From Tubulanus polymorphus (taxonomy: Eukaryota; Animalia; Nemertea), in NCBI RefSeq assembly GCF_964204645.1, contig NC_134030.1:19800210-19864209 (forward strand): DNA of 64,000 bases. The letters are read 5' to 3'. A program made the position numbers and the translations under genes. Numbering within the stretch: the first letter of the stretch is position 1; every line of letters starts with the position of its first letter. The notes under the pieces are model-generated. The model did no database searches. It worked only from the letters and a program-made list of their open reading frames with translations, and was not told the origin of the DNA. Positions 11,354 through 22,700 of the stretch are shown piece after piece.

Positions 11354-12357
11354 TTACATGAGTTCATAGAAGATTTGGCTTGTGTATTGAGCTTGGATCA
11401 ATATTTCCACCAGTTGTGATCTAGATGCTTAGTATACGTTAGTATACTGAACGGCATCATCGATGACCAACAATATTCACCATTGAATATACGATTTACT
11501 CACCTGTTGCACTGGAGGTTTGGGTTACTGATATTTCTGATCGATGAACCATGCTCACGAATCGGTGTGCAAATACATTTTCTAAAAGGAGTTTAATACA
11601 AATATACAGTTTGACAGGTTGTAGTGCAGTTCGGTCGTCAAAACAACTGACGAAAATTGTAATGAATACATGTAGTTAATCTAGCATGTGAAACTGAATT
11701 AACTCACAAACATCAGTTTAAGTACCGTACTGCTATTTTCAAAATTTCGATGTATTAAATCAGGCAGCCAAGAAAATTCACCCCCAATCAGTCGCTTGCC
11801 GGTTAAGACTGAATGGAAGATTGTTTGAATGAACCGGAACCGAATTTCCCAATTATGTACTTTGAGCAAAAAACTTTTGTAAACTCGACCGCCGATCACA
11901 CAACTATATCTGTACTTCGATTATCGATTGTAAAACCTAACCCCCTGTTTCGCTCCCGGCAGGTGTGGCGGGTTTGTAAGGGACACTCAATCAAAAAATC
12001 AAACGAAATTTACCAACCAAATAAATAACAGGGACCATCCCTATTTTAGGAAAAAAAACACAAATGAAGAAGAGCCACAATTCAAAGTATACACGATAAA
12101 ATCTATCAAATTGAACCCACTACGTTCGCTAACAGCCACTATCACGTGGAAATCGGCAAAATTACGGCAATATTTAAACTTCAAACCGGGGCGTTGATGA
12201 TGTACGTAGTCCCGGCCCATTACATACATGAGTGACTTCTAGACGAATAATATATTTATCGAAATCCCGATTAGAATATTCCTGCTGTGCGGCCAGTTTG
12301 TTCTCTACTTATCACCAAACTGTGTAAAACATATCCTCAATTGACGGTGCAGTATTT

Positions 12358-12774
12358 CAGGGGCGAATCTCGGGTATTTGGGTCCAGGGAAGTAAAAGGG
12401 ACCATATGAAACGTTTCTGTAATGACGATGCAAGACGCATAACGACATAGCCCTATGGCCAGGGGTACTCGACAATAGAAATGTTTTGAAATTTCAAGAA
12501 GAATTTGGTCAGATTTTCTACGAAGTTGAATATTGACGTCCATGAAATTGATCATAAAATACACAATTCCACGACCACAATCACAATACCATTGTATATT
12601 CATCATTTTGCATGAGAAAATACCACTTCTGTTCTTTTTTATATTCACCTTTAATGTCACTTTTAAACAGTTTCGAGGAAAAAAAAGAATTCCTAAGAAA
12701 TTCTTTTTTGGGACTTTCAAATTTAGGAGGGGGTGGGGCGGGTGGTGGACTGGGCTCCTCTAACTCCGCCCCTG
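12358..12774. mobile_element. Non-autonomous DNA transposon (hAT-type MITE-like) with CAGGGGCG terminal inverted repeats; a second copy with both ends at ~47842-48222, partial copies in other units
   Basis: Left end CAGGGGCGAATCT, right end AACTCCGCCCCTG, with a G-rich subterminal tract. No clear TSD. Confidence 0.55.
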
Positions 12775-13109
12775 AATTGTGCCGCATTCTTAGGCAGTTT
12801 TTACTCCAAGTCTTCAAATAACGAGGAATACACGTATTACAGAGGGCCGCATTACGTCACTGCAGAAAATGCGTCTCGTGGAGAAAATGGTGGAAGGCGG
12901 GGACTTAACAAAACTGTTTAGATGATATATAAGATGATGTGTTTTTCTGCTATCGTGAATATGAATTGTTAAAGGTTTTGAATACATATGGATTTAAAAA
13001 CTTCTCGCTGCATTTCCCTTTAAGAGGACACCAAGAAGAGTCAATCAATCACCAAAGCTGTGCAATTATTTGGTTTTATTTCATATTGTTTTATTTTGTA
13101 TTTGAAGAA

Positions 13110-13216
13110 TATATAGTATCGCGCGCAATATTTTTCATTCATTCGTCGACTGTTCTGGCTCGAGAAAACGAGATATTGTCATTTCGAAAGTATAATACGT
13201 TGGAAGAGCGACTAAG
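13110..13216 (+). promoter_or_regulatory. TATA box, initiator and non-coding first exon of the knottin-like gene (repeated in all 5 units)
   Basis: TATATAG at 13110-13116 and Inr-like TCATTC at 13139-13144 (A at 13141, so TATA is at -31). A 76-nt ATG-free exon ends at the strong donor AAG|GTAAGC (13217). Equivalent TATA boxes are at ~24049, 35884, 48515 and 60643. Confidence 0.6.
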
Positions 13217-13684
13217 GTAAGCGTAGTGATAAAATATTCTAATTTAACGATAAAAATGATACCTTGTTTCTTAAAAGCTTAAAAGTTGACCCGGCCGGCC
13301 GCCGCCTATCTACCCTATACATTATTCTAAAAAAAAGAAACTATTATCAGCCATTCGACGACAAGACGCGGCGGCTATTGAAACGAATGGATTACAAATT
13401 TAATTGAAATTTACAAAATAACCCGGGCGCTGCGGAGAAACAAGGTGTCATTTTTAGCCTAAAATAATATACTCCGATAAGTACAGCAGCAATTTCAGTA
13501 ACCGGAATCTAAAATACGACACACGACTAAACATTTTTTTTCTGCTGAAAATCATGCATCGATTAATTGATCAATGACGTGTCACTGATCATACCGTTTA
13601 GCATAGTAATATATTCTACGGTTATATGTTGATTTTCACCGATGGAGATCTCAATATAAATTACATAAAATTCATAACCAAATT

Positions 13685-13832
13685 CATTATTCCTGAAGAT
13701 GACTATTAGGATATAGTCGAAACGTTGAATAAACTACTAAGAGCTCAAAGTAACATTTTCGGACTTTTTTCTTATCATTGTGGGATTCTCTCTACATCGC
13801 GTCAACACGGATATAGTGTTCTATCAATCGTG
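13685..13832 (+). mobile_element. Short Penelope-like (pseudo-LTR) insertion flanked by a 14-bp direct repeat
   Basis: TTCATAACCAAATT occurs at 13671-13684 and 13833-13846. The insertion contains the CTGAAGATG...GAAACGTT hammerhead motif typical of Penelope-like elements. Confidence 0.7.
13687..13732 (+). ncRNA. Minimal type I hammerhead ribozyme
   Basis: Stem I TTATTC (13687-92)/GAATAA (13727-32); core CTGAAGA plus an extra T; stem II GACTAT/ATAGTC with a 6-nt loop; GAAA; minimal palindromic stem III (ACGT); GUU cleavage triplet ending at 13726. Confidence 0.8.
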
Positions 13833-14357
13833 TTCATAACCAAATTATTCTATAATAAATGATTTTCTATAATTGAGGTTAGTAACTAATTTCAAACGAA
13901 TATCTTTTGACTAGATCATTTAGGCTGAGGAACCAAACTTGGAAGCGACTCTGAAGACAAAAAATGAATTATCGATGATTATCTATATTAGATATTTAAA
14001 GCTTATCACTCACGGAAAGAAACGACAGAGACTTGTTCCTGCGATACCCAAACACTAGCAATGCGGCCGCCCTGCACTCACTTCATAGCACGGCATTCAA
14101 ACCAGCGATTCAAACCCGTTACACTGCTCTGCACTAAATCAAAAATACATCAAGTATTCTTTATGAATTTTTGACTGTATCTATTATCAGTTCCTTTTTT
14201 CTGTGTAGCTGCGTTATTTCAAACCTGGCTCATTCTCTGACGAAAAGGTTTGCTCATTGAGAGCCTATTTGAAAACTGTTGCAATATCAATTTTCTTTTC
14301 GAATTTTTTAAAATGCCAAATCGCAAATATATTTTATTCAAATTCTAGGCGAAGAAA

Positions 14358-15027
14358 ATGCTTGCTTATACAATGACTCGCATATGTGCTTTTGCTGCGA
14401 TTGTGGCCAGTGCCGCGGCCTTCAGTGGTGAGTTAAGACTGGGAAAATAATACTCAGCTTCATGAGATTTCATAAAATGATATAATTCAATTCACAATTA
14501 TCATTAAACATTTATTATGCGTTTATCGACGGAACGAATTGATTCGATAGATATATTTCACAAAATGACACATATACATTATGACAAAAACCCTGTTAAT
14601 TGACGTGCAATATATTGTTATTATACACATGTATTTTTTTAACACCCTGGCCCGCTAAGCGCAACGCTAGAAGCGGGTTCGATGTTTCTTTTTCCCAATA
14701 CCCACACTAGAGAAGAACCTCCGACCAAGAAACTTCCAATGGTTGAACCCATAAACCCTGGATTGATGAGAACAGTGACAGCCGGCTTATACCACTCGGC
14801 CACTGCGCCTCCCATCTGTTATCCTCATCGGGATCACCATTATAGTCCTACATCTGGGGGCGGGAGTTCCATTATTTCTTCAATTTAGGTAAAAACATCT
14901 TTCAATTCAAAATTCAATTTTTAATTTCATGTTTTTCGAAAATATAGATTGCTATCCAAAGGGCAGGACGTGTGACGATGACCTTAAGTGTTGCAACAAC
15001 ACCTGTAGAGCTAGTATTTGTTCCTGA
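14358..15027 (+). CDS. Secreted inhibitor-cystine-knot (knottin, toxin-like) peptide, copy 1: join(14358..14427,14948..15027), MLAYTMTRICAFAAIVASAAAFS-DCYPKGRTCDDDLKCCNNTCRASICS
   Basis: Acceptor ttctag precedes 14349. The signal-peptide-like exon ends at a phase-1 donor G|GTGAGT. The acceptor aatatag|14948 restores the frame and gives C-X6-C-X5-CC-X3-C-X4-C followed by TGA. AATAAA at 15197. Confidence 0.85.
14640..14811 (-). mobile_element. tRNA-derived SINE in intron 2 of the knottin gene (copies ~24793-24971, 37183-37361, 49817-49994)
   Basis: The minus strand reads AGGCGCAGTGGCCGAGTGGTATAAG (A box) ... GGGTTCAA (B box; GGTTCAAACC in unit 2), followed by a non-tRNA body. Confidence 0.65.
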
Positions 15028-15589
15028 TCGTTGAGTACAAAGGTTTATAATGGGATATACTCGTGGTGGTTTGGGAAATATATCCGATTATGAAACTGAA
15101 CGACAGTCAGTTTTACTGACTAGGCCGTGTACGAAACAGCTCGAATTGAATTTATATTTGTTACCGATTCTTCATATCTTGTAGTAAATTAGATTCAATA
15201 AAACTGCGAGTAAATAAATCAATTGTCGGGTTGTTGACTGTTTATGATTCATCGGTCAGAGTTTTCAAAGTGATCAGAAGTGCCATTCCATCGGCAGTGA
15301 AGAACATTCATCGTCAATTAAAAAAGACTACTCGTAAGCAAAAGTCCAAAATCTCCCTAATCAATTATTTCAGTCCCAGGGTTTAAATCTTTCATATGCA
15401 TCCATCCATTAAGATATTTAGAGTTTTCTGTCCTGTTGCCCGGTCGGTGATTTTCTTGTGACGTCACGCAACCTCGTATGAAACTGTGGAAAACAATATA
15501 AATACAGTTTTAAGATGCTTTAAATGAAATCCATTTTCGTAGTTCATTGATGCTTCGATTTTTTTTATTCTCTAAATTTAAGATTTCTA

Positions 15590-15965
15590 TAGATTAGAAC
15601 TGAACCTCGGGGACTTCCACATCGAAAATCAGCAATATCAACTTTACCGTTTGTAACAACTTTGTGTGTAAATTCCTGAAGGTGCGTAAGATTTGAAATA
15701 ATTCTGTTTTGAAGCTGATTAGCGGCCATGCGTTCAAGCATCTTTGTGGCTACAGGTAAGTAAGACAATGATCTATAATTATTCAATTAGTATAGATTTA
15801 AAAGTTGTGTTTTTTATCAATTGCTCAACCGAGCATGATTTTAATTAAACAGTTCGTAGGTACAACACCGGTTTCCAAAGAGAGCAATTTATAATTCTAG
15901 TAACGATTGGAACAGTAACACACTGTTTTAGAATTGGCGCGGGCAACTAAAGCATCCCCTTTATA
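15590..15965 (-). mobile_element. Decayed CR1/L2-clade LINE reverse transcriptase fragment (copies ~25740-26200, 38132-38590, 50755-51200, 62260-62640)
   Basis: Across frameshifts it reads PIVTRIINCSL/ETGVVP...NYRSLSYLPVATKMLERMAANQL. GSPQGSVLGPVLFT.YI...MFADDT, matching RT motifs, is clearest in units 2 and 5. Confidence 0.8.
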
Positions 15966-16749
15966 CTTCGCAAATCCTGCATCAAAATTGCTCGGAGCAC
16001 CACGGAAAAACTGATCATTAACGCGACTAATGGTCAGTAGCGTATGTTCCAAACGAGCGATGGAAATTCACCTATTTCAAACTGGTCATTTATGTGTAAA
16101 ATACAAGCACTTGAGAGACCGGCGGATACGCGACATGGACATAATAGCGTAACCTGCATTTTCAAGTGTATTAATGGCTTATGCGAGCTTTCAACTTAAA
16201 CTTCGTGTTGGGCGGTGATTTATTGATAGGCCGTCTAGAAGACTGAGAACCGCGTAATTTTTTTTTGAAAAAAACTTTCTTTCAAAATTAATTCTGCAAG
16301 ATCTAGCGGTTTGAAATCAAATAATTTCGTTTCGTTGACATTTTCGTCATCTTGAATTGATGCTAATGTAGAAAAGCATTGAATAATGATATTGAGGCTC
16401 ATCGTTAATATTCAATGATTCTATAACTAAAATAACGTTCGGGTTGAATGTGTTCTGATGAAATACGTAATGTCTAATGACGAAATTCGTGTGTGAACAA
16501 ATTGGAAAAAAAAAACAAAATTGGAATTAATTGGCGCCTTAGGAATTTTGGTAAGCAACGTGGAATCTAGAAATTATTGCTAATTGGAAAACAGATCTTT
16601 ATGCAAAAAATCCAAACATATCAAATCTAGAATCGGTTTAGAACTAATTGCGGCAGTAACCAAAAATCCACCTAAAAGAAGTCACAGCGAATTCTCTAAT
16701 TTATCTGATTGGACGAACTGCAATTTGTGTTCGTTATTATTCGACGAAA

Positions 16750-19700
16750 ATGGTTTCGGTTCATTCTGTCGTGTTGATGCTGTTCGGTATGGATCGACTG
16801 AGAGCGCTGTTTATAGCGTCGCTGATCGTCTGGCGAGTTAATATCGCACACGCTGATCTGTCTGACTCTGTGACGGTTTGTTCGTCTTGTAACAACACTT
16901 GGTACCCCGTCGATTCTACGTCCGGTTACATCGTTTCACCGAATTACCCGTCGTTTACGCGAGGTGTTGAATGTCGTTGGTTCGTCAACAGCTCTTTACC
17001 GGGAACTTTCAACATCAAACTATACTACGACATCGAGCCGTCGATATTCTGTAGTGATAACTATCTTCTCGTCGGTGAGTCCGATAACAGATTCTGCGGT
17101 GAAGGAAAACATGGAATCCGCCGTAACGATTCGATGTCGTTGATGTTTAGAAGTAACGTCGATGGTGCGCGGGGTAGTCGGGTTTATATCATATATCGTT
17201 TAGAACGGAACAATTTGAAATTAATTCAAACCTGCGCAAGATACGGTTTAAAAATCAACAAATTACCAACATCGATAGGATATAAGTTTGCTTTGGTGGT
17301 ATGGCAATGTAAATTGTATTTAAAATGGATCGGGATCCCGGATGGGTTTGCTATGAATTTCACGTTTTCGCAGATAGAATTCCAATTATATCCCGGCACT
17401 GATCCAGCGACAACTGTTCAAATTCATGACGGATGGAACAGCAGTGAACTTCTTGCTGTAATACCAGAACAAACCGGACATCCACCTTCATCATTCTATA
17501 CTAAAACTAACAAAGCTATGATCAGTTTGCCACGTGGGCGAAACGTACTTACATCACAATTATCAGTTCAAGTGTATAGAATATCAGATTGGAACGTCTC
17601 TAATCCGTTAATCCAAATCTCTAATAACGAGTCTGGAGTGCTCATTCCTGATGACAACAGTTTACACGTAATAATTCGATCAAAACACTTACACTGCTGG
17701 TCTATCACAGTGCAGGTGTTACAGTACGTCGTCTTCAACTGGGCACGTGATCTCAGCACATCCGGTGACGTCATTGGTGTATATAAACTAGAAGGGTTAC
17801 GCGTTGTAGGAACTGATATTTTACTCGGTTACAACTACCTGGAATCACTGAGTGTTAAATCTGACGGCTTTCTCGTCATACTGTGCGTTTTAATAAGACA
17901 AGGTGTTTTACAGTCGAATGTAAAAATTGAATTTGAATTGAAATCTATTTCCATAAAAGACGTACGAGTGGATAAACGCTTGGTGAGTATTTGTGTGTTT
18001 TAATTTTAAGTTTAGGATTTTATTATGTGTGGATCTCTATTATTAGGTTTCATGCTTAGTTTTGTTTGTGTTCTGAGAACAAAGTGAAAGTCTTCGAAGC
18101 CAACACGAGAAGTTACGCGCACTTTTTCTTGGAGATCCAGATACTATAACTGCATGTGTTAACGATTATTGGGATGATTTAGGGTGGGTTTTTTTTCAAC
18201 TAAAATACTTTATTGGGAAATTTGGATTTTCCACCTGAAGAAGATATTTCATTTTAGCAAATCTTAAAACGTGGCAAAATCATAACTCGATATAGATTTG
18301 GAAATGCTGTTATGTTATTAATACTTAATAAAACTAATGCTGATTTGTTATATTTTGTAGATATCTGGTAACAGAAACAGCTACCGCTTGCCTGCTCAAA
18401 GATTGTTCCCGACGACAAAGAAGACAACATTATCGTATCGCATAAATACATTAGAATATAAACGGAAAGTTGATATCTATGAGGATAGATTAAAACTAAC
18501 AGTTTTATCAGAGACGTGCGAGAGAGCTGGATTTTATATATATGATGGTGGTAATTTTACAGCTAGACGCTATGGTCCGTATTGTCCTGGTCATATAAAC
18601 GGTCGTAGCGTCGTCAGTCTTATTACATCAGGAGGACCGGTTACTGTAGTAGGGTACGCTTATAACTGGGATGATCGGTTGGTAGTTGATTCGGAAGCAT
18701 ATCTAGTATTCGCCCCTACTGATTGTGACGGGTATGTTCTACAGGAAAGAGAAAATCAGATCAATATGACGTCACACTGTCTCGTGATTACACCTGAAAA
18801 CCGACGCCTTCCTTTAGAAAATATTTATATATTATCAGAACACGAATATCAAATTTACACTTGTTCCCGTGGTTTAAATTCGTGTCCTGTTGTTACTCTT
18901 GCAACTCAATTACTGAATAACAGTCTCTTATTGAATCATCTGATGATAAAAGGAAGTAGTTATAGGTTCTGGAGTAATCCACTGATGATTGTACTACGAC
19001 GTAAATGTTTGGTGTTGATGATCTATCAAGATTCCCCGGTACTTACTTCTGATAGTTTTGCATACGTCCCGCCGATGCGAGAAAAATGTGGAGTCGCACA
19101 ATCACCGAACTATCCTGGATATGTTCCACAACGCAGTAAATCAAGTTTGTACTACTCATTTCATTACGACAAACCTTTGAATTATTACATCAGATTCCTT
19201 TTCAAATTTATGGGACACGCCTCGTGCAGCCCTTCTAGTAGTAATGCCGTTCGAGATCAATTATTACTGGCACAGATTATTTCGAAACCTGGTAATCATG
19301 AAACCGGCTTTAGACAGCGTCGCCACGAGAATAAAATATGTGAAAATAACGCAGTACCTGGACTTGTATTGTACAGTCTACTCGGGTATGACGTTTACTT
19401 TGAAGCGAAAAACTATATCCCAATATTCAAAATTCAATACACTTTAGAACAAGCGTCCTTACAAACACATCTGAATAATGGCTGTGGATCAGATTTTCTA
19501 GATTCAGGTGTTTCGTGTATCAGATACATCAAACATGAACGTCTGAATTGGGAGAACGCTGAAATGTACTGTCAACAGAAATACGGAGGACATCTTCTCA
19601 GTATCAACTCTGAACATGAAATGATTGCTTTAGAAAAACTGTTCGCTACGAAACTTCTTCAGGAGGCGTATTCACAGGCGGCGCTGATTCTGATGATTGG

Positions 19701-22700
19701 ATTGAAATGGCAGGTAATTTCAAAGTTTCGTTATGAACATGTTTACCAACATTCATTTAGTTTTGAACATGATTTTGAATTTGTTACGTATTCATTCATT
19801 CTCTACTAAAAGTCTAGAATCTTTCATATTAATTGAAACAGATTTCTATTAGTCAACGTGTAAAATATAACATAATCTTAATTTGATGAACTCAATTCAG
19901 ACGCTTGATATAAGTTAGATATCCTAAAGCTAATCGTCATGAACACTTCTAAAACCATTTCGATCAATGAAACTGAATTTATTTTGAACAGGATGATGGT
20001 TATTACACGTGGACTGATGGAAAACCATTGAGCTACACAGAGTGGTTTAAACCTACTATAATAAACGAAACGATACCAGAAGTTATTCAAGGATTGATAT
20101 CACCTCTACGAAAACAACCGATAAATGACGTCAATATGCCGTGTACGGCGATGATTCTGAATAATCCACGAGGATCAGCGAACTGGGTTCGATTCCCGTG
20201 TCAAATCGAGGAGACTCGAACAACTTTCATTTGTGAAAAAGACAAAGATAACTCCTCATCTACTAACAATCACAAATTACCTGTTGCAGAAGAAAACTAT
20301 ACTTATTTTTCGGGGATATTGGAATCAGATAACTCCACGTGTTTAAAGGGATGGATTGGTTTAGAAAGAAATTGCTATCAGATACTTACAGCCTGGGAAA
20401 CTCACATATTGTCAATTCGAGAAGCTGAGAGAATGTGTCATACAATTGGTGGTGAAATAGGTATAGTATCCAATGATGTTATAATTCAGCATTTGATTCA
20501 AATATTTCATTATGAACATCAATACGGTGCTGTTCTAGCAAAGGCTACGGAAAGTGAATTTCTTGCTCTGGATCCAGTTTTGACCAGAGATGAAATAACA
20601 TATATAAAAACGGTGAAATGGTCAGTGACTGCCTTTGATAATGTCACAGATGTAGCGCATTCAGTGCTATGTTCCTACAATGTAACTGATGAAAAGTTGG
20701 CTTCTATAAGTGGTTGTAAATCGTGGCAATTTGAATGTAACGATCACAGATGTATCAGCGATCATCGCGTATGTGATACCAGAAACGACTGTCAACACGG
20801 TGAAGATGAACTCGATTGTTCGGATTCAATCTTGCGCAGTCAGTTCCACTGTACCGATGGAAGAATTATATCAGTTAGTAATTTGTGTGATTTTGTACGA
20901 GATTGCGCTGACGGATCTGATGAGAACTCGTGCTATCATACTTCATGTTCCTCTGAACAGTTTAAGTGTAGCAATGGACAATGCGTGGGTAAATATAATC
21001 GATGTGATGGACTGGTTGATTGTAAAGATAAATCTGATGAGATCGGCTGCTCTTCGGATAAATGTAACGGGTTTCTGTGCGTAAATGGTGAATGCATCAG
21101 TTCTCTGTTGTATCGGGATGGCGTTGTAGATTGTGCTGGTAGCCTCGAAGAAGATGAGATTGTCGCCAACATAACAGTTACACCAAAGGTTCACTGTACT
21201 ACAGAGAACTACTGTACGACTAATTTCACAAACTTATGTAAGAAATCCGATGAACAAAGATGTTCTTTCGATTCTCCTCATTGTTATTCTAGACGTCACA
21301 GGTGCATTTTAGAAAGGATGTCGATTGGTTACCCGGTATGTAGAAGGCTCGAACATATACAAGGTTGTGCTGATTTCAAATGTCCAGCTGGTGCTGCAAA
21401 ATGTCCAGCATCTTACTGTATACCGATGGGACAGGTGTGCGATGGTCGATCCGATTGTCCTAACTCAGAAGATGAGCGAAACTGCAAGACTTTGTCATGT
21501 CCTGGCTTGTTTAAATGTGGCCAGGAAAACCGATGCATACCTCAATCTGAAGTTTGTGATGGTGTCGTCAATTGTAAACAGACCACTGATGACGAAGCGT
21601 TCTGTGACGTCATATGTCCAAAGGACTGTAAATGTCAAGGTCATTTGATAGATTGCGATCATGCTGGTTTCGTAGAAATTACTGATCTTTTCTCGGCATC
21701 AACTCGAGTTCTGATTTTGTCAAGAAACCAAGTTGTATTCAATGAGTCAACATTTTCTTCGTACCTCTATTTACATTTCCTTAATATTTCACGTAACAAT
21801 TTGTCTTATATTGTTCCAAACGCGTTCTCAAACCTGCATAATCTACATACATTAGATCTTACCTATAACCGCATAATATCATTTACCGAGAATACATTCG
21901 CCGGTTTGTATAGTTTGAAAAAACTTTTGTTTTTTGGAAATCCAGTGAGATATTTAAAAGAAGGCAGTTTTCATGGTTTAAAGTCATTGAGCGTTCTCGA
22001 TCTTCACGGACTTTCCTTGTCGTTACTCGGTGGAAATGTGTTCAGTGGTTTATCCACTTTAGAGTCGTTAAATGTCAGCAGTAACGTGATCAAATATATT
22101 TCACCAAATGCATTCGCCGGATTAACAAAACTAAGAAATCTGGATTTAACCAAAAATTCTGAAGTCATATCCGTACAAAGAAACGTTTTTGACAGTCTTA
22201 CATTATTGAGTTCGTTGGCTTCTGACGCGTACAAATTTTGTTGCATGGTTCCGAATGTTGACCAGTGTCTCCCGGAAGCCGACCAATTTTCATCTTGTTC
22301 CGACCTGATGGGTAACACTGTTCTTAGAGCAATCATTTGGGCGATCGCTTCATTCAGCTTTTTTGCCAACATAATCGTAATTTTACTCCGCGTTCAAGCG
22401 TTACGCATTTCATCCTCTGAATCACGTAACATATCCTCTGATATCCTAATCATTAATATTGCCACCTGCGATTTTCTCATGTCAATTTATCTTTTTCTGA
22501 TCGCTGGAGCCGATTACGTCTATAAAGGTGTTTATTTCCTCAATTCCGAAATGTGGACAGATAGTTCACTATGTCGACTCGCTGGGATTTTAGTAACTCT
22601 TTCGTGCGAAGGGTCTTTGCTTTTTCTCCTGATTCTAACCCGTCAAAGATACTCGAATATCGTCGATCCATTTTCTGGAAGCCCAATTATATCATCGACA

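Noticed and set aside
11704-11870. Protein-kinase glycine-loop-like string (YIIGKFGSGSF) on the minus strand, followed by a GTGAGT donor
   Set aside because: It needs a frameshift, no VAVK, HRD or DFG motifs follow, and the match is too short to support.
11813-12921. Recurrent 60-130 aa ORFs in the intergenic part of the unit (MEDCLNEPEPNF..., MKTWSKNC...)
   Set aside because: They have no recognisable domains, overlap MITE sequence, and are disrupted by indels or deletions in some units.
14236-14290. Second hammerhead-like motif CTGACGA...GAAAAC
   Set aside because: Stem II pairs poorly and no convincing stems I or III can be drawn.
14730-14811. tRNA gene on the minus strand
   Set aside because: A and B boxes are present, but the acceptor stem does not pair and the sequence continues into a repeated non-tRNA body. 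It is a SINE head.
16750-19809. ORFs 16750..18003, 18388..19809 and 20028..23222 as three separate genes or an operon
   Set aside because: The second and third begin at TTG, not ATG. Conserved in-frame GT-AG junctions join them, and splicing restores a CTL domain. The ORF tails are intron read-through.
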